Origin: Raillietiella orientalis
Lineage: Eukaryota
DNA: 64,000 bases
Assembly (NCBI GenBank): GCA_036172245.1
Contig: JAYWIR010000010.1
Span: 434,001 to 498,000, forward strand
Direction of reading: 5' to 3'
The stretch's first letter is position 1. The number at the start of each line of letters is the position of its first letter. This document shows, piece by piece, positions 36,889 to 49,315 of this stretch. The notes below the pieces were generated by a model that was not told where the DNA came from, did not search any database, and was given only the letters and a program-made list of their open reading frames with translations. The position numbers were made by a program, and so were the translations under genes.

Positions 36889-37778
36889 TTTCTCACCCGG
36901 TCACGCCGGGGCATTTATTGATAAAAATAAACATACATATTAGGACCGTCGGCCCTACAATGTCCGAAAATGCTCGGAACCTGCCACGGAACCGGCACGC
37001 AGGCCGGTGAGGTTCGCCTCGGCAGCGGGGGGGGATGGGAGGCAAACAAAAATAAAAATAAAAACAAAACACTGTTTGCACAAAAAAATGGGAGGGTTAG
37101 GGAAGGGAGCTGGAAGGCGTCCTCTGCACCCTTTCCAGGATGCCCTCCGAGTATGTCCCCAGGCGGGGCCATCTTGCTGCCGTTCGGAGGAAGCGCAGGA
37201 CGAAGCGGACGGCGTCCCTTTCTCGCCGTCCTCCTCTCGCGTAGCTCCAGGCCGCCACAACCCCACGTAGGCAGCAGCAGAGAGGTGCTGGGGATGCGGC
37301 AGGCGAAAGGGCGTCGCGCACGAAGAGGCCCTTTATCGCGTCCCTGGAATTGTCCGTCGGTGCACCGAGGGCCGTTGCGTAACGCAAGCGCAGGGGCCGC
37401 AGGGCAGCACAGTCTACAAGCAAGTGGGAGAGCTGAAATTCCCGCTCCCCGAACCTGCAGCAGTGTGGGTCCACAGTTTCCTGAGTCCAGTGAGATTGGA
37501 GGACGTTGCATGGGAGGTCCCGGTGCAGCAGCATCAACGTCGCCCCCCTACCACTTCAGGAGGACACCCTTCCTGTAGGATTCGCAGCCGCTCGCCTTAG
37601 AGCAATAGTCCTTTCGGTGGGGCACTTGTTGTCGCAGCATCCGTGAGCTGACCCGTGGTCCACCCACCTCATTCCTTCGCTCTTCCACCGATCTCCCATC
37701 GGATCTCCCATCTGGCCGGCTGGTTACTGCCCAGGTGTTCCCTGAGGAAGGGCAGTGCTGAGGCTGGGGAGGTTCTTT
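36889..37778 (-). mobile_element. LINE 3'-end block, copy C (near-identical to A and B, inverted relative to B)
   Basis: Reverse complement matches 12378-13268 with only a few substitutions; identical 146-aa ORF at 37097-37537. Confidence 0.9.
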
Positions 37779-38150
37779 ACATCTGTGGGGTTGCCTTCGA
37801 AATAACCCAGGGTCGTGGGGCAGTGTTCCCACAGGGGCAGTCCACGGGCAGGTGTGGGAGGGGCTCCTGTTCCTCCCCGCACCTGCTGCAGTTCGGGCTC
37901 GCACAGCCCCTGGTTCCAGAGTGGCGTTCCTCTTCTCCTGAATTCCTTCTGGAAGGATCCCACGTCTGGCTGCGACGCACGCAAACTGCTGCTCGCGCAG
38001 CCGTTCTGCCCGAACCGGATGAGCAGGCGGCGCGCGGGATGGGCGGGTCTCCTCCATCCCCGGATGCCGCGCGTCTTCCCATCGCTGATAAATGCGGGTC
38101 ACAGAGGAGGGACCGCAAGGCGCACAGCACGCACGTTCGGGGTGTTCCCC
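37779..38150 (-). mobile_element. Decayed LINE ORF2 post-RT sequence upstream of copy C
   Basis: IYQRWEDA-GIRG and TPLWNQG peptides resemble Tx1/L1 post-RT motifs; same strand as and contiguous with copy C. Confidence 0.4.
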
Positions 38151-38334
38151 TGCCTTGAAAGGGGCATTCTTCCTCCTCGCAGCCGCGACGAAGAGCGGGT
38201 CACATGGGGTCGCTGCTTTTCCCTCTTCCCGAGACACGCCGCTGAGTACCTCAGGAACCATTGCGCTCCTGGCGGCTCACGCGGCTCTTTTAACAGTTCC
38301 ACGCCAACCGAGGACGCGTGCGACCCTTGAATGT

Positions 38335-38730
38335 TGGGTGTGTCTCCGGAGAGACCATCCTATGAATCCAGGAAGGTTCCGGAGGAAGGGAGTCTGTTCC
38401 TCCCACGTCTGGAAAGGGGTCCCGAAGGGAACCTCTACCTTGTTCTCTCCGGAGGGACCCCTAAAAAAGGCCGCTCCTGGTTTGTTCCTCCTAAGAGAAC
38501 CCCGAAGGGGCGTTTCCTAATTTCTCGGAAGGGTGCTCCCCGAAGGGAGCGGCACGCTTCTTGCACTCTGGAGAGGTGTCATCAATCCACCAGCTCCATG
38601 GTATGAGAGAGAAGGTCCCTCCTAGGAAGTGGGAGAGGATGGGGGGGGGGGATAGGACGGCTCAATTCTCACAACCAGAGGGGAGCCCCGAAAGGCTCCT
38701 TGATTCCTGGAAGGATCCTGGAGGGTCGTG
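38335..38730 (+). repeat. Unidentified dispersed repeat family 2, copy d
   Basis: Aligns by eye with 28200-28645 and 2010-2230. Confidence 0.75.
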
Positions 38731-40054
38731 ACACGCCGCTTTGTCCATAGCTGTGGCGAATGCGTGGTTTCGGTCCGGTTCAGGTAGGCGGGTTGTTACA
38801 AAGGTGGGGGTTGGCGGGGCAAGGTCGTCGTGTCGTGTTCGTTGTAATCGACCGATACCAGACGGGGGTGACCCGGGACGCGCAGCGGGCAGCCCGAGCT
38901 TTGTCGGGCCGGGCGCCTCGCGATCCGCGCCCTGCAGACTCGACGGGGAGGAGGAAGCCGCGACGCACTTCCGGGATCCGACAGCGTCCGAGGATGGGAG
39001 GTTGCCAGCGGCTCGCGAATCGCCCGCAAAATCCTTCGTTCTTTTTCTTTATCTTTTTTATTTTTTTTTCTGCGCTGCGGTGACCTTGTCGAACTCGTCG
39101 TGGGTGCGCGGTGTGGGCGGAAACTCGCTGCTTAGGAGCGCCAGTCCACGCGAGGGAGCAGCAGCACCAACATCCCACCTGCATTTCTGCTCGGAATGCG
39201 ACTAGGCAACGGTGCGAACCGCCGCGACGCCCATCTCCGTTTCGTCGGGAACGAAAGCCACCCAGTCACCAAGTGAACCCCCGGCCCCTTCCTTCCCTTC
39301 CAGGGTCTTAGCCGGCAAACTCAGCAGATCCTCGGGTTTTGCTGCTGCCTCTGCGCTTCGTCCCATGTCGCCGGGTTTCCCCGCTCCTACGGCTCTTCTT
39401 CATCGGATGCTCCTCAGTTCCGGGAGTGCCTCGCGGCATCCTCTTTCTTGCCGGCTCGGCGAGACGGATCAGGCGCTCTCCGAAGGAACGTTTCCTGGGC
39501 GCTTCCCGTGACTTCCTGGCTTGAGGAGTTCCTCGCACCCTCGGGTGGCGTGGGCGGTGTTCATAGAGCTTCTTGCCCCCCCACCCCCATCCCCGAAAAG
39601 GCGGACGGTTCTTCGGCACTTGGCGAGCCGCATTCCCGGCGGGCTCTCCCCTTGTGTTTTAGATCGTATTGCTGACCGCGAAGCCCCACTTAATAAGGAT
39701 CGAGAAGCTCACCCGGTTCGAGTCCTGAAAGCCCTTTCGCGTTCGAATTTTTGAGTACCGAATTTTAGGCACTTGGAAACTCGAAATTCACCAACAGAAA
39801 AAGCCTTGAGGGCGTGAAATCGTCGTCAGCGAAGAGCACGCGCAGATGGCAGCAACAGTGGGCGCACGTGGGCTCTTCCGAGGAGCCAGAGCGGGAAATG
39901 GGTCCCGCATGGTTCCTGCCGGCGCTCTGGCAGAGTTCCGGTTTCCTCTGTCCCATTCCCGTTCCGCCGTCTGTGCGGCTGCAGCGTCTTCGCGAAGAAC
40001 GGCAGGGAGGAGAGGAACCTCCCGCCGTGAGCTTTCGCAGGTTTCGGCAGCGCG

Positions 40055-40392
40055 GCGCTTGGCACGGATGGCGCATAGGTTTGTGCCTTCGAAGTGGCCG
40101 ACCAAATAGGTCTCGCCAGCTTCTTGCAGAGCAAACACCGCCGAGCTTTGGAAACTTCTTTATCCGTTTTGAAATCTCGGGCTGTCCCGCGTACCAAACG
40201 TTGGAAAGGCAGCTCGGTGCTCTTCTGGTAACGGCGGATCTCTCACAAGGCAACAGTGACTGGCCGGTAGCTGTGAGACTTCTTCACGCCTCCTGTGGCT
40301 GGAGCACTCTTGCGAGCCGCCTTCGTTGCCGACTGCTTCCTCGGAGCCATGCAAGCAGTTCTCTTACGAGCGGTTTGCTCTGTACGAGCCAT
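40055..40392 (-). pseudogene. H3: Histone H3 pseudogene (intronless, premature stop, 15-nt deletion, frameshift, 3'-truncated)
   Basis: Minus strand from ATG at 40392: [109 protein letters not shown]; stop at 40243-40245. Confidence 0.96.
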
Positions 40393-42558
40393 ACTTTATC
40401 AAGAACACACTTCTTCAACCACCAGGAACAACCACACCTTCAGCACACGTTCCTTTCGATGCTCTCTCAAAGAGACTAGCAGATGGGAGCGAGGGGGAAG
40501 GGGCAAGGGCCTTGCACCAAACGCAGGGAGAGAGCCTGCTTCGTGGAGGAAGGTTTGGCGTGCGCCCCTCGCTCGGGTGCTCTTTGGCGAGCCGCATCCC
40601 TGGTTGCTGGCCGGTTTCCCTTGCAGACTGCTCAGGTCGTTCGACGTGCGCCCTGTGAACTCAGGGTCACCGAGTGAGGCGAGGTCAGATCACCTCGCTG
40701 GCGCTCTACGCAGCTTTGGAGCTCGCTGCACGTCCGTCGCTCGTTGCCGCGCCCTGCTGCGTGAGAGTCCGCCGATTCGGGAGCCGAGACACTGCCGCGA
40801 TCCGGGAACGGGACCGGCGTGCCAGCGGAGCGAAGGCGGGAGCAAGAGGCACCCCTGCGACCCTCGTCCATCGCACCCATCATCCCTGGCACGCGGCGGC
40901 CAAACGCCCCCGCGCGTGCCAAACGGAACTCGAGCACACGCTGGCAGTGGGGCAACGGTGCTTTCGTTCGTCGCCTTGCCGCTGGACGGGCTGCCTCTCT
41001 GCCGGGATTTTTCCCGTCGCTCCTCAGAGGACGCCCTGAAGCCACCAAGGTCCGCTCGACTCTCCGTTTGCATTGGTGCGAGGTGACCCCCACCACCAGG
41101 GGCGGGTGGCGGATGGGGTGCGCGCCGGGCTGGCACCCCCTCCGCAGTTCCGCTCAAGCGGCGCTTCCCCTACTGTGGAGATGCCGGACACCGGGTTCCC
41201 TCCCTGCTCCCGGCAGGAAAGGGGTGGCTCGAAAGGAGGGTTTGAAACCCCTTTTTCCTTTTGCCGTCGCGGCTCCTACACCGAAGATGGCTGCTGCTCC
41301 TCCGAACAAAGAAGCAAAGATCGTCTCTTTTTGCAGGGGTCCGCGCTTCGCCGCGGGGAGCAGGTTGGGCCTCGGCTTTCCGGGTGCCCTCTATCCCTTT
41401 CTCGTGCTCCGCCTCGAATCGAGAGGCCGGGAGCCAGAAGCGGGGATCCTGCGCCGCACCTGGGGGTGGGGCAAGTGGAATCCACCGTGGCACCACCATC
41501 TCGGAAGCTCTGACTTTCGTAAATTTGCAAGATGGACGGCACAGGCGCTCCATACGAAGGAAGGGGAGGAGGAGGAAGGGAAGAGGGGAAGGAGGAAGAA
41601 GGAAAGAAGGGAGGAGGAGGAGGAGAGGTGCGGAGTAGCTACTCCTTCACCTTCACTTTACCCGATCTTCAAGTGAAGGAGATCCTCGTTTCTACGATGC
41701 TGTCTCCATAAGGAGTGGGGCACAGAGAATTCAATAGGCCAAACGGAAACCGGACCGCGCGCTCCAGGCCCCTCCACGTGGGGCACCTAATGAACTCGAA
41801 AGTCACCTAAAAGCATAGGAAACCCGATCCTACCGCCAGCGCAAACAGGGACCACTTAGACGAAGGTGGCTCAATCAGACAGGAACACGCTGTTAAGAGG
41901 AAAACAGAATGATTGATCCGGGCGCCATAATTGATCTTCGCGGAGTGGAGAGCAGCTCTCTGGGGGAAAGCGACGCTGGTGGGGCTGAAAGGCGAGGCGT
42001 GTAAGACGCCTCGCCTTTATTGCTCGGCCCTCGACACGATGATGGACGCGGATCCGAACGAGGGGACCCTCCGTCTGGGCCTCGTCGCGGTCTTCTTGGA
42101 GCAGCAGATTGCAACAAAGGGAAGCTGGTAAGGAGAGGAGGAAGCTGATCCTGCGGCTAAAGTTCCATGTGGGCTAGAGTGGGCGATCCATCGAATCACG
42201 CCCATCGGCTGAGTTCATCCCGGGCTGGGGATTCTGCCCCGAAACCCTCGCCGAGGCTCAGAAAACCTCGTCTCGAACGCCGCGCGCCTTTTCCGCCCTA
42301 CCCCGAAGCTCGTGCATGAGTGACCACTTCGGGAATCGTCTCTTGGCTTCCTTTCACCTTCGTGATGCCTCCAGACGGAAGCACACGCACTGCTGCTTTA
42401 AGAAGGCGCATAGAGGAAAGACAGGGGCAGCGACTAATATCAGCACGCGCTTATCCTCTTGATGCCAGCGGGGAGGCCTTGGAGCAGAGGTGCTCTGCAC
42501 CAGCTGGAGACTGCACCCAAACCACGTGTGGAAATCACGTGTGGCACAGGTCAGCCCC

Positions 42559-42934
42559 CGGATTGATGGTTGCATAGGAACCGCGGCTGGGGTCTTCGCC
42601 TCCTTCGCCACCAGCCCTTCCTCTCCCTGCCCGTCCTCTCTCGTCCCATCCTCGTCCTGAGGTGGTCGCATCTTCCTCCGCCCTCATCCACACCGGTAGG
42701 TTCCTCTCCACCTCGTCGGGCGTCGATGCCCCAGGCGTTCCCTTCGTCGGAAGCGCGTCCCCGATCCTCTGCGGGTCTGACAGCCGTCGTGGAGGCGGCG
42801 GCGGCGGCCATGTTGGATGCATTCTCCAAGACGCCTCGTTGGTCCGCGGCCCTCGTTCCGGGTGTCCCCCGTCCGATGGGGCTCTGACGGCCACCCCCCG
42901 CGCGCATCCGTGGCCGCGAAGTCTTAGCGTTCGA
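42559..42934 (-). repeat. Left arm of ~375-bp near-perfect inverted repeat (probable LINE RT-thumb-derived sequence)
   Basis: Reverse complement of 44983-45359 apart from a 1-nt homopolymer indel and edge mismatches; ends in RRRPQPRFLCNHQSGG. Confidence 0.85.
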
Positions 42935-43552
42935 CCTGCCTCCTCCCCTCTCAGAGACCTTCCGGACCCGCGCAGGGCGTTTGGCCAGCCCGCTCCGGAG
43001 ATGAACCTCTGCTTGCAGCTTCCTCCCGCCGTCGTCCCCGATGGACGGCACAGGCGCGCAAAGAGACCTCCATGAGAGGGGGTCGGACAGCCAGGGGCAC
43101 TCCCCGGAAAGGGGTAGGAAGCGCCCAGGGAATTTGGGGCATTTGCAGAGTTTTCGAGGATGCAAGGGACCGGTCCACAGAGCCAGACGCGGAAATCGAG
43201 GGTGCATTGAACCGGCGAGAAGTGCGGTGGTCACCAGACTCGCGCGCGGGAGTGAAGGCGAGGTGGACAGGCGCACCTCCGGAAAGGTCGCTGTCGTTCT
43301 CTTCAGCTCACCCTGCTTGATGACGACTTTCTAAAGATCTTCAAGCAACTTCTTCATTTTTTTCATTGCCCCCTTCTCCTCCTCCCCCGATCGGAGCGTG
43401 ACTGGAGCTGCGTTGCTACGCCGCCAGCTCCTGGAGCAACAGCTCTTTTAATCGGGAGAAACTATAGGGTTGCAGCCGCCCCCGTGTAGGAATTCTTCTT
43501 GTTGCCACCCAGTCATGCTGAGACGTTCATCGGACAAGAACTCATAGAGGTT

Positions 43553-44105
43553 GTGGTAGGACATGCGTAGTCCTACCACACTCCATTTTAACAGGTGACA
43601 TGCCGGACTGCTGGCACGCTGACCGGCGGCGTTCGCCTAGGCAGCGGGTGGGGGAGGGGGGGAGGAAAACAAAAAGAAAAATCAAATTAAAGAATAAATA
43701 AAAGTAAATGGACCATGGAACGGCGGGAAGGGATCTCTGCCCTTCCCGGTCCTCTGGAGGGAGCCCTCTGCATTTCCCCCAGGATGCCAGAGAGGTCCGT
43801 CCGCAGAGCGCCCCTGTGGGACCATCTGGCCGCTACCCTCAGGAAGCAAACGGCGAGCTGGACGGCGTCCCTTCCGTCTCTCTCTCTGTCGGCTTCGATC
43901 CAAGACTCCACGACCCCGCGGATGCAGCAAAGCGCTGCTGGGGCTGCGGCTGGCAGTAGAGCGTCCCGCACGAAGAGTAGCCGTAAAACGTCCCTAGGAG
44001 TGCCAGCCGAGATCCGTAGGGCCATCCCCAAACGTTCCCCCCATAGGGTCTAGGGAACAATGCAGTCCACAGGCAGGTGCGGAAGTTCTTGATGCCGCCT
44101 CCGCT
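43553..44105 (-). mobile_element. Diverged LINE 3'-end copy G
   Basis: GTPRDVLRLLFVRDALLPAAAPAALCCIRGVVESW...DLSGILGEMQR; UTR element 43600-43644; perfect 10-bp hairpin GTGGTAGGAC/GTCCTACCAC at 43553-43579. Confidence 0.88.
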
Positions 44106-44982
44106 CGGAATGTTCTGGAGTCTCCCAGACGGCGCAGGGAGCTTGGCGCAGCCTGAAACCACCACCGTCTCCACGGAAGACACGGCCAGCAGCACGATGA
44201 GAAACGTGGCCGACGTGCGAACCGGGGAGGAAACGAAAGGGCACGCTGCGGGCACGTACAGGGCAAGCCCTCGGTATTCCGCCAGAGAAACTTCCTTCCC
44301 TCCGTGACGAAATGGGAACACCGAGTCCCTCGCGAACAAGAGGGGGGGCAGGGGGGGGGAAGGACGAAAAAAAGTTATGAAGAAAAGCACCCCCAGGGGA
44401 TCGGGGGTTCTTTTTGCACATGCAAGGGTAAAAAAAAAAAAAAAAAAGGAAAAACCCTAGGATGTCCGAGTCCTTCTCTGGAAGACTTTCGGATTCCGCT
44501 CCGGACCCATCCGCCGTCTTGGAGACGCCACCGGGGGGAGGGGGTTCGTTCATGCGGCCGGAAGCGCGGGGACGGCGGTCCTTGGATGACTCGCCTTCTC
44601 CTCCTTCGGCCGCGAAACGGAACGGCCATCACTCTGTGCTCCGGTTGTGGCCTCATCTCCGCGCGTTTCACTCGGTCCGCCTTTCGGGTCAAGGTGAGAG
44701 GGCGCTTCATCGGACGGGCGCAGTGGCCCTCGGTTTCCCGCCGTCGTGCCAAGCCCCCTTGACCGCGTCCCGGTGTCGTGAAGGGGAGAAGACCAGGATT
44801 CTGGCCTTCCGACCACGCGGACCTGTTCTCGGGTTTCCAGGAGGCCTTTTTTCCTGGTTGACCTGGTCCCTTGGGTCTCCCGGACCGTGATGGATTTTGG
44901 AAGATGCCAAGGAGAGAGGAGAAGGAGTCCTGGGCGCTGTCCGCTTCTTCGAGGGTACCCCCAGAGCGTCCTGAAGGGAAGA

Positions 44983-45720
44983 TCGAACGTTAAGACTTCG
45001 CGGCCACGGATGCGCGCGGGGGGGTGGCCGTCAGAGCCCCATCGGACGGGGGACACCCGGAACGAGGGCCGCGGACCAACGAGGCGTCTTGGAGAATGCA
45101 TCCAACATGGCCGCCGCCGCCGCCTCCACGACGGCTGTCAGACCCGCAGAGGATCGGGGACGCGCTTCCGACGAAGGGAACGCCTGGGGCATCGACGCCC
45201 GACGAGGTGGAGAGGAACCTACCGGTGTGGATGAGGGCGGAGGAAGATGCGACCACCTCAGGACGAGGATGGGACGAGAGAGGACGGGCAGGGAGAGGAA
45301 GGGCTGGTGGCGAAGGAGGCGAAGACCCCAGCCGCGGTTCCTATGCAACCATCAATCCGTGAGCGGAGGTCTGCTCGTTCCTCAAAACCACCATCATGGT
45401 CCCGACCTATTTCCCTTGTTCTCGAAAAGGAGCATTCGTCCTTGGGGAGCGGCAACCCCCCCCCCCCGGAAGGCTCTTGGAATGCTGTTGAAGCGCACGC
45501 TCAAGAACAACACAGCTACTTGCAGCCGTGAGAAGGTGCCCGGGGGTTCGAAAGAGGGGGTAGCAGACGCCTCAGGGATCGCGGACCGCGGTGGTTTCGA
45601 TGGCCGCGTCCCTCACCTCACCGACCGCCACGGTCGCTCCGGAAGTGGTCTTGCGGTGTTGCATTGGGGGTTACAGTGCGAAGAGTGTGCGTCTCTGCAA
45701 AGTACCTTTGAGGCCGTTGG
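44983..45720 (+). mobile_element. Decayed LINE ORF2 fragment (thumb to start of zf-RVT); 44983-45359 is the right arm of the inverted repeat
   Basis: PRFLCNHQSVSGGLLVP (cf. LC-x-P-x3-GGLGxP) and later LAVLHWGLQC (cf. LLWLHWGLPC in the 6400 copy). Confidence 0.6.
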
Positions 45721-47221
45721 ATGAGCGCGCAGCCACGGGAGAGGGAAAGGGGGGGGGGGGACAAGGCGCGAGATGAAGGCTCTTGGAGCCCTGGAGGTCA
45801 CCTCGAAAGGCAGCAACGCGTCCGAGGAGAGCGCGAGCGCGTGAGGGTCACGCGGAGAGGAAATGACGACAAAGAGGGGAGCGGAGGGGAACGGGAATCC
45901 GTCACGAGCCCGAAGGGAACCTTCGATTGTTGCGTTTCCGCTCCCCCCTTTGGCGCTCATAAATCCCGAGTCGATAGCAGATTGAACTGCTGAACAGCCT
46001 CTACTGAAGGGGGAGGGGGGGAGCAGGATTCGTTTCGGACGCCGGGAAGCTGCGCAAGGAAGGAGATATCTATTAGGATAATGGATTTCATGTAATGGGA
46101 AGGAAGACCGGAAAGTAATTTACAAACACCGAGTGGATGCTGCCACAAATCTTCGAGAAGAGCGGGCAGCGCCCTCTCTGATTCCGAGGGGAAGAAGACG
46201 GGGCCGCTCCTCCGGACCATCTGGGGGCGGAACCTCAAGCACGCGCGCGCTCCGAGGAAGAGGAAGAGTCCCCCCCCCCCTCCTCCCTCAATCCTTCCCT
46301 TCCCTCGATCAGGCGATCTCGACTCTGGAGAGATGCCTTTACCAGGAGGCGCACGCGCGCGCCTCTGCCTCCTCTCCGCCCCCGGACGGCAGAGGCGCCC
46401 CTGTCGCGGGCGTGCTCGGAGGTTCCGGCTGCTGCCTTCCCGGCCGTCCTCAGCTTCCCGCTCCAGCGAACTTCATCTCGACTGCTGCAGTTGGAAAATG
46501 CAGATGCGGGGACCCGGGGTTTCGCCGCGGCGCGACCTCGTCGACGAATTCCGCCACATCACTGTCGGCGCTGCATTAATTTGTGCAGAGCAGCCATATT
46601 GTCATTCCGGGGAATCCATTTGATCTGTCATCAGTGATGAGTTCGTTTTTCCGCAGAGTCCTGCTGCGAGCCGGCGGCTTGCAGATCGATGGATCTTCAA
46701 AAAAAAAAAGAAAAAAGCGTACCATCCTGCTCAGGACAGAAACTACCTTGTCCCCCTTTCTGCCCGGTGTCGCATCCCAGCACCTTGCTTCCCAAGGGCT
46801 CTAGGGTCACCCGCGTTCGTCTCGGGCCAATGTGCCGCACGACCTCGTCGGGAACGCGGTCGTGCGAATAGACGCGACTTCCCGCGACCACCGTTCGGTC
46901 CATCGCAAGGGATTCGTTGCCGGGGGGATGCGGCGGGACCTCTGGCAACGCTGTGCCGAGGCGCGCGCGCCCCATCCAGCCAGCGGGAACGCTCCCGGTA
47001 TTCCTGTGAAATTCCAATTGCGTGAAACGCAAGATTCGATGAGATGATTAATTGCATGCTGCTGCTTCTTGAATCTGCATGTGCATGGATGGCGGCGCAT
47101 GCTCGTGCGGCTGGTTGCAATGAATATGATCACTGAATTCATAGACACAGCGCTTAAAGAGCTCCAATTAGCGATCGATAGAATGACATCGGTGGTAGGC
47201 GGAACTCACCTGCAGGAAACG

Positions 47222-47555
47222 GCTCTAGAGTACATGTATATATATATCTACTCTAGAGCAAAGAATGTTTACATATATACATATGTACTCTTTTCTCTAG
47301 ATACGTACTCTAGAACATTCTTTTTAAGTGTGTATATATATAGTATTCATTGTATGCATAGAGAGAGAGAGTAGGGTATTCTTTGCATTATCTAAAGTAT
47401 TCTTTGTATATATATACATATATACATGCTCTAGAGTCGTTTCCATATATATATATATATACATATATGCTCTAGAGTATGTATGTATGTATGTGTGTGC
47501 ATGAATATATACACACACATTGTTTTCATTATATATGTATACATATATAATGAAT
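47222..47555. repeat. AT-rich degenerate (TA)n/(TATG)n microsatellite punctuated by CTCTAGA
   Basis: TA/CA/TG runs with six CTCTAGA heptamers. Confidence 0.9.
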
Positions 47556-48379
47556 AGGGAGCATTCTCCCAGCTGCATTCTTCCTCCAAGGACGATCTTG
47601 CCAGTTTCCATAGTTTCGTGCTCCTGTTGCCTCTTGTTTTTAACCGGATTTTCTCTTGTTTTAACAGGAGGAACCGCAACTCGGGGCTCTCCGTGTTATG
47701 GCTGTTTAAGTGTCCTGCTCGAAATACATCAAGGTTAAGCAAATATTTCCCTGGTGATAAGGGATTTATCTCGCGGATGCAGATGGGAACGGGAAGCTTC
47801 CCGATAAGGCCAGCGCAAGTCATCCCATCGATCCCTGGGAGCACTGTTGAGACAACCGGAGCCGGTTTTCGACCACCGAATGCCTCAGGCGCGGCTGCTT
47901 ACTAGAAAGAAGAAGAAGAAAAGGATTGGTTGCGCTGGTGCTTGTTCCTCTTGGGATAATCGCCCCTCGGGAAATGAAAATCATCCCGCGCAAAAATCAA
48001 GCCGCTGTCCCCGACAAGGACCGCATCTTGCGAGCGAGTCAAGGTGCCCGGCAGATCCTCCGCGGCGGGCGATGGAAGACGTCTCTTTGCAGCCGTGAGA
48101 AGGAACACCCAGCGCAAGAACCTTTCCAACGGACGTGGGAAGGTTGGGGATCTTCCACCTCCTTTAATGCTCGCATCCTGGCTGGAAGAGGAAGCGCAGC
48201 CGGCGGCGGTGGACTTTGTTCACGGTCACGCCGAGTGAGGGAGTGGACGTTCCATCCTGGCGAGAATGGACCGATCTCTGGGACGGGTGCGCTGCTGGGA
48301 GGACGGTTGCTCACGACAGCAGCAAATTAGCTTTCGAGATCCGAATGTCGATCGGTGGTCCAGCGTGGATTACGGAGTA

Positions 48380-48955
48380 CTCGCGTGCCGCGGATGCGTA
48401 AACAGGAAAGCAGCGAACGGTACTTCCTCGAGATCCCAATGCACGACCATTGGTCCCGGAGTGCTCCATCCTTGGAACTTTGACCGTTGCTTTTTTAATA
48501 GCGTTATGGGTAGCTGATTTTTCCTTTCCCACTTTTGCTGCTTACCGCCTTCGCTTGAAGATCCATCGCGCTTCCGTCCAACTTTGGACACATTCCGCTT
48601 GCCTCGTAAAAAAGCTGCTAGTGAATGCCTCCCTCCCCCCAACACACACAAAAAAAAAGGAATGCCAGGTGGAAACCGGTGCCTCAGGCGAAAAATGGGG
48701 CTGAGTGAAATGAATAGTCACACCGAGTGAAATTGCACTCGTGGACCCATTTTTCATCACCCACGTGACTCCTTCTGGTTCCCGCTAAAGAGCAGTCTTT
48801 TCGCAAGCTGGAAATCCACTGTGCATCAGTCGGCTGTTTCTAAAATTCCAAATACCGAAATGGACGTCATCAAATCATTATTGGCAGCTCTTTGGCAATG
48901 GTGGAGAGATCGGCTTTGGACTCTTTCGGTCGATGGAAAGCTATCCTCCACAAAT
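48380..48955 (+). mobile_element. Possible heavily decayed PIF/Harbinger (DDE_Tnp_4-like) transposase remnant
   Basis: Collinear peptides VNRK ... GPGVLH..FFNS ... DSFWFPLK ... MVERSALDSFGRWKAIL resemble NRKG / PGSxHD / DSxYPL / VERxFGxLKxRWxIL; needs frameshifts and deletions. Confidence 0.3.
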
Positions 48956-49064
48956 CAACCGGGATTCACTCCTCCTCTCTGGTCGCCACCGTCTGATGGC
49001 ACCCACTTGTTGCTAACTTCTACAGGGATGGCACGCCCTTTCTTGTTCTATTAGCACCAGTACT

Positions 49065-49315
49065 ACACATCTAGAGATGGATAAACAAATATATACACAT
49101 CGACAGATAGACATAGATATGGACTTATGAGCACACAGGTTTAGATGCATAGATATGGATAGATAAGTAGATAGTCGCAGATATAGATAAATAGATAAGC
49201 ATTGATGTAGATAGATAGGCACATATATAGATAGACAGATAGACGTAAATAAGGATAGGCAAGTAGATAGCCATAGGTATGGACAGATAAGTAGACAGAC
49301 GTAGATATAGATAGG
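49065..49315. repeat. Degenerate (GATA)n/(TAGA)n microsatellite
   Basis: Imperfect TAGA/GATA repeats over ~250 nt. Confidence 0.9.

Noticed and set aside
42559..45359. DNA transposon with long terminal inverted repeats
   Set aside because: No TSD, no transposase inside, arms look LINE-derived and their edges fade rather than end sharply.
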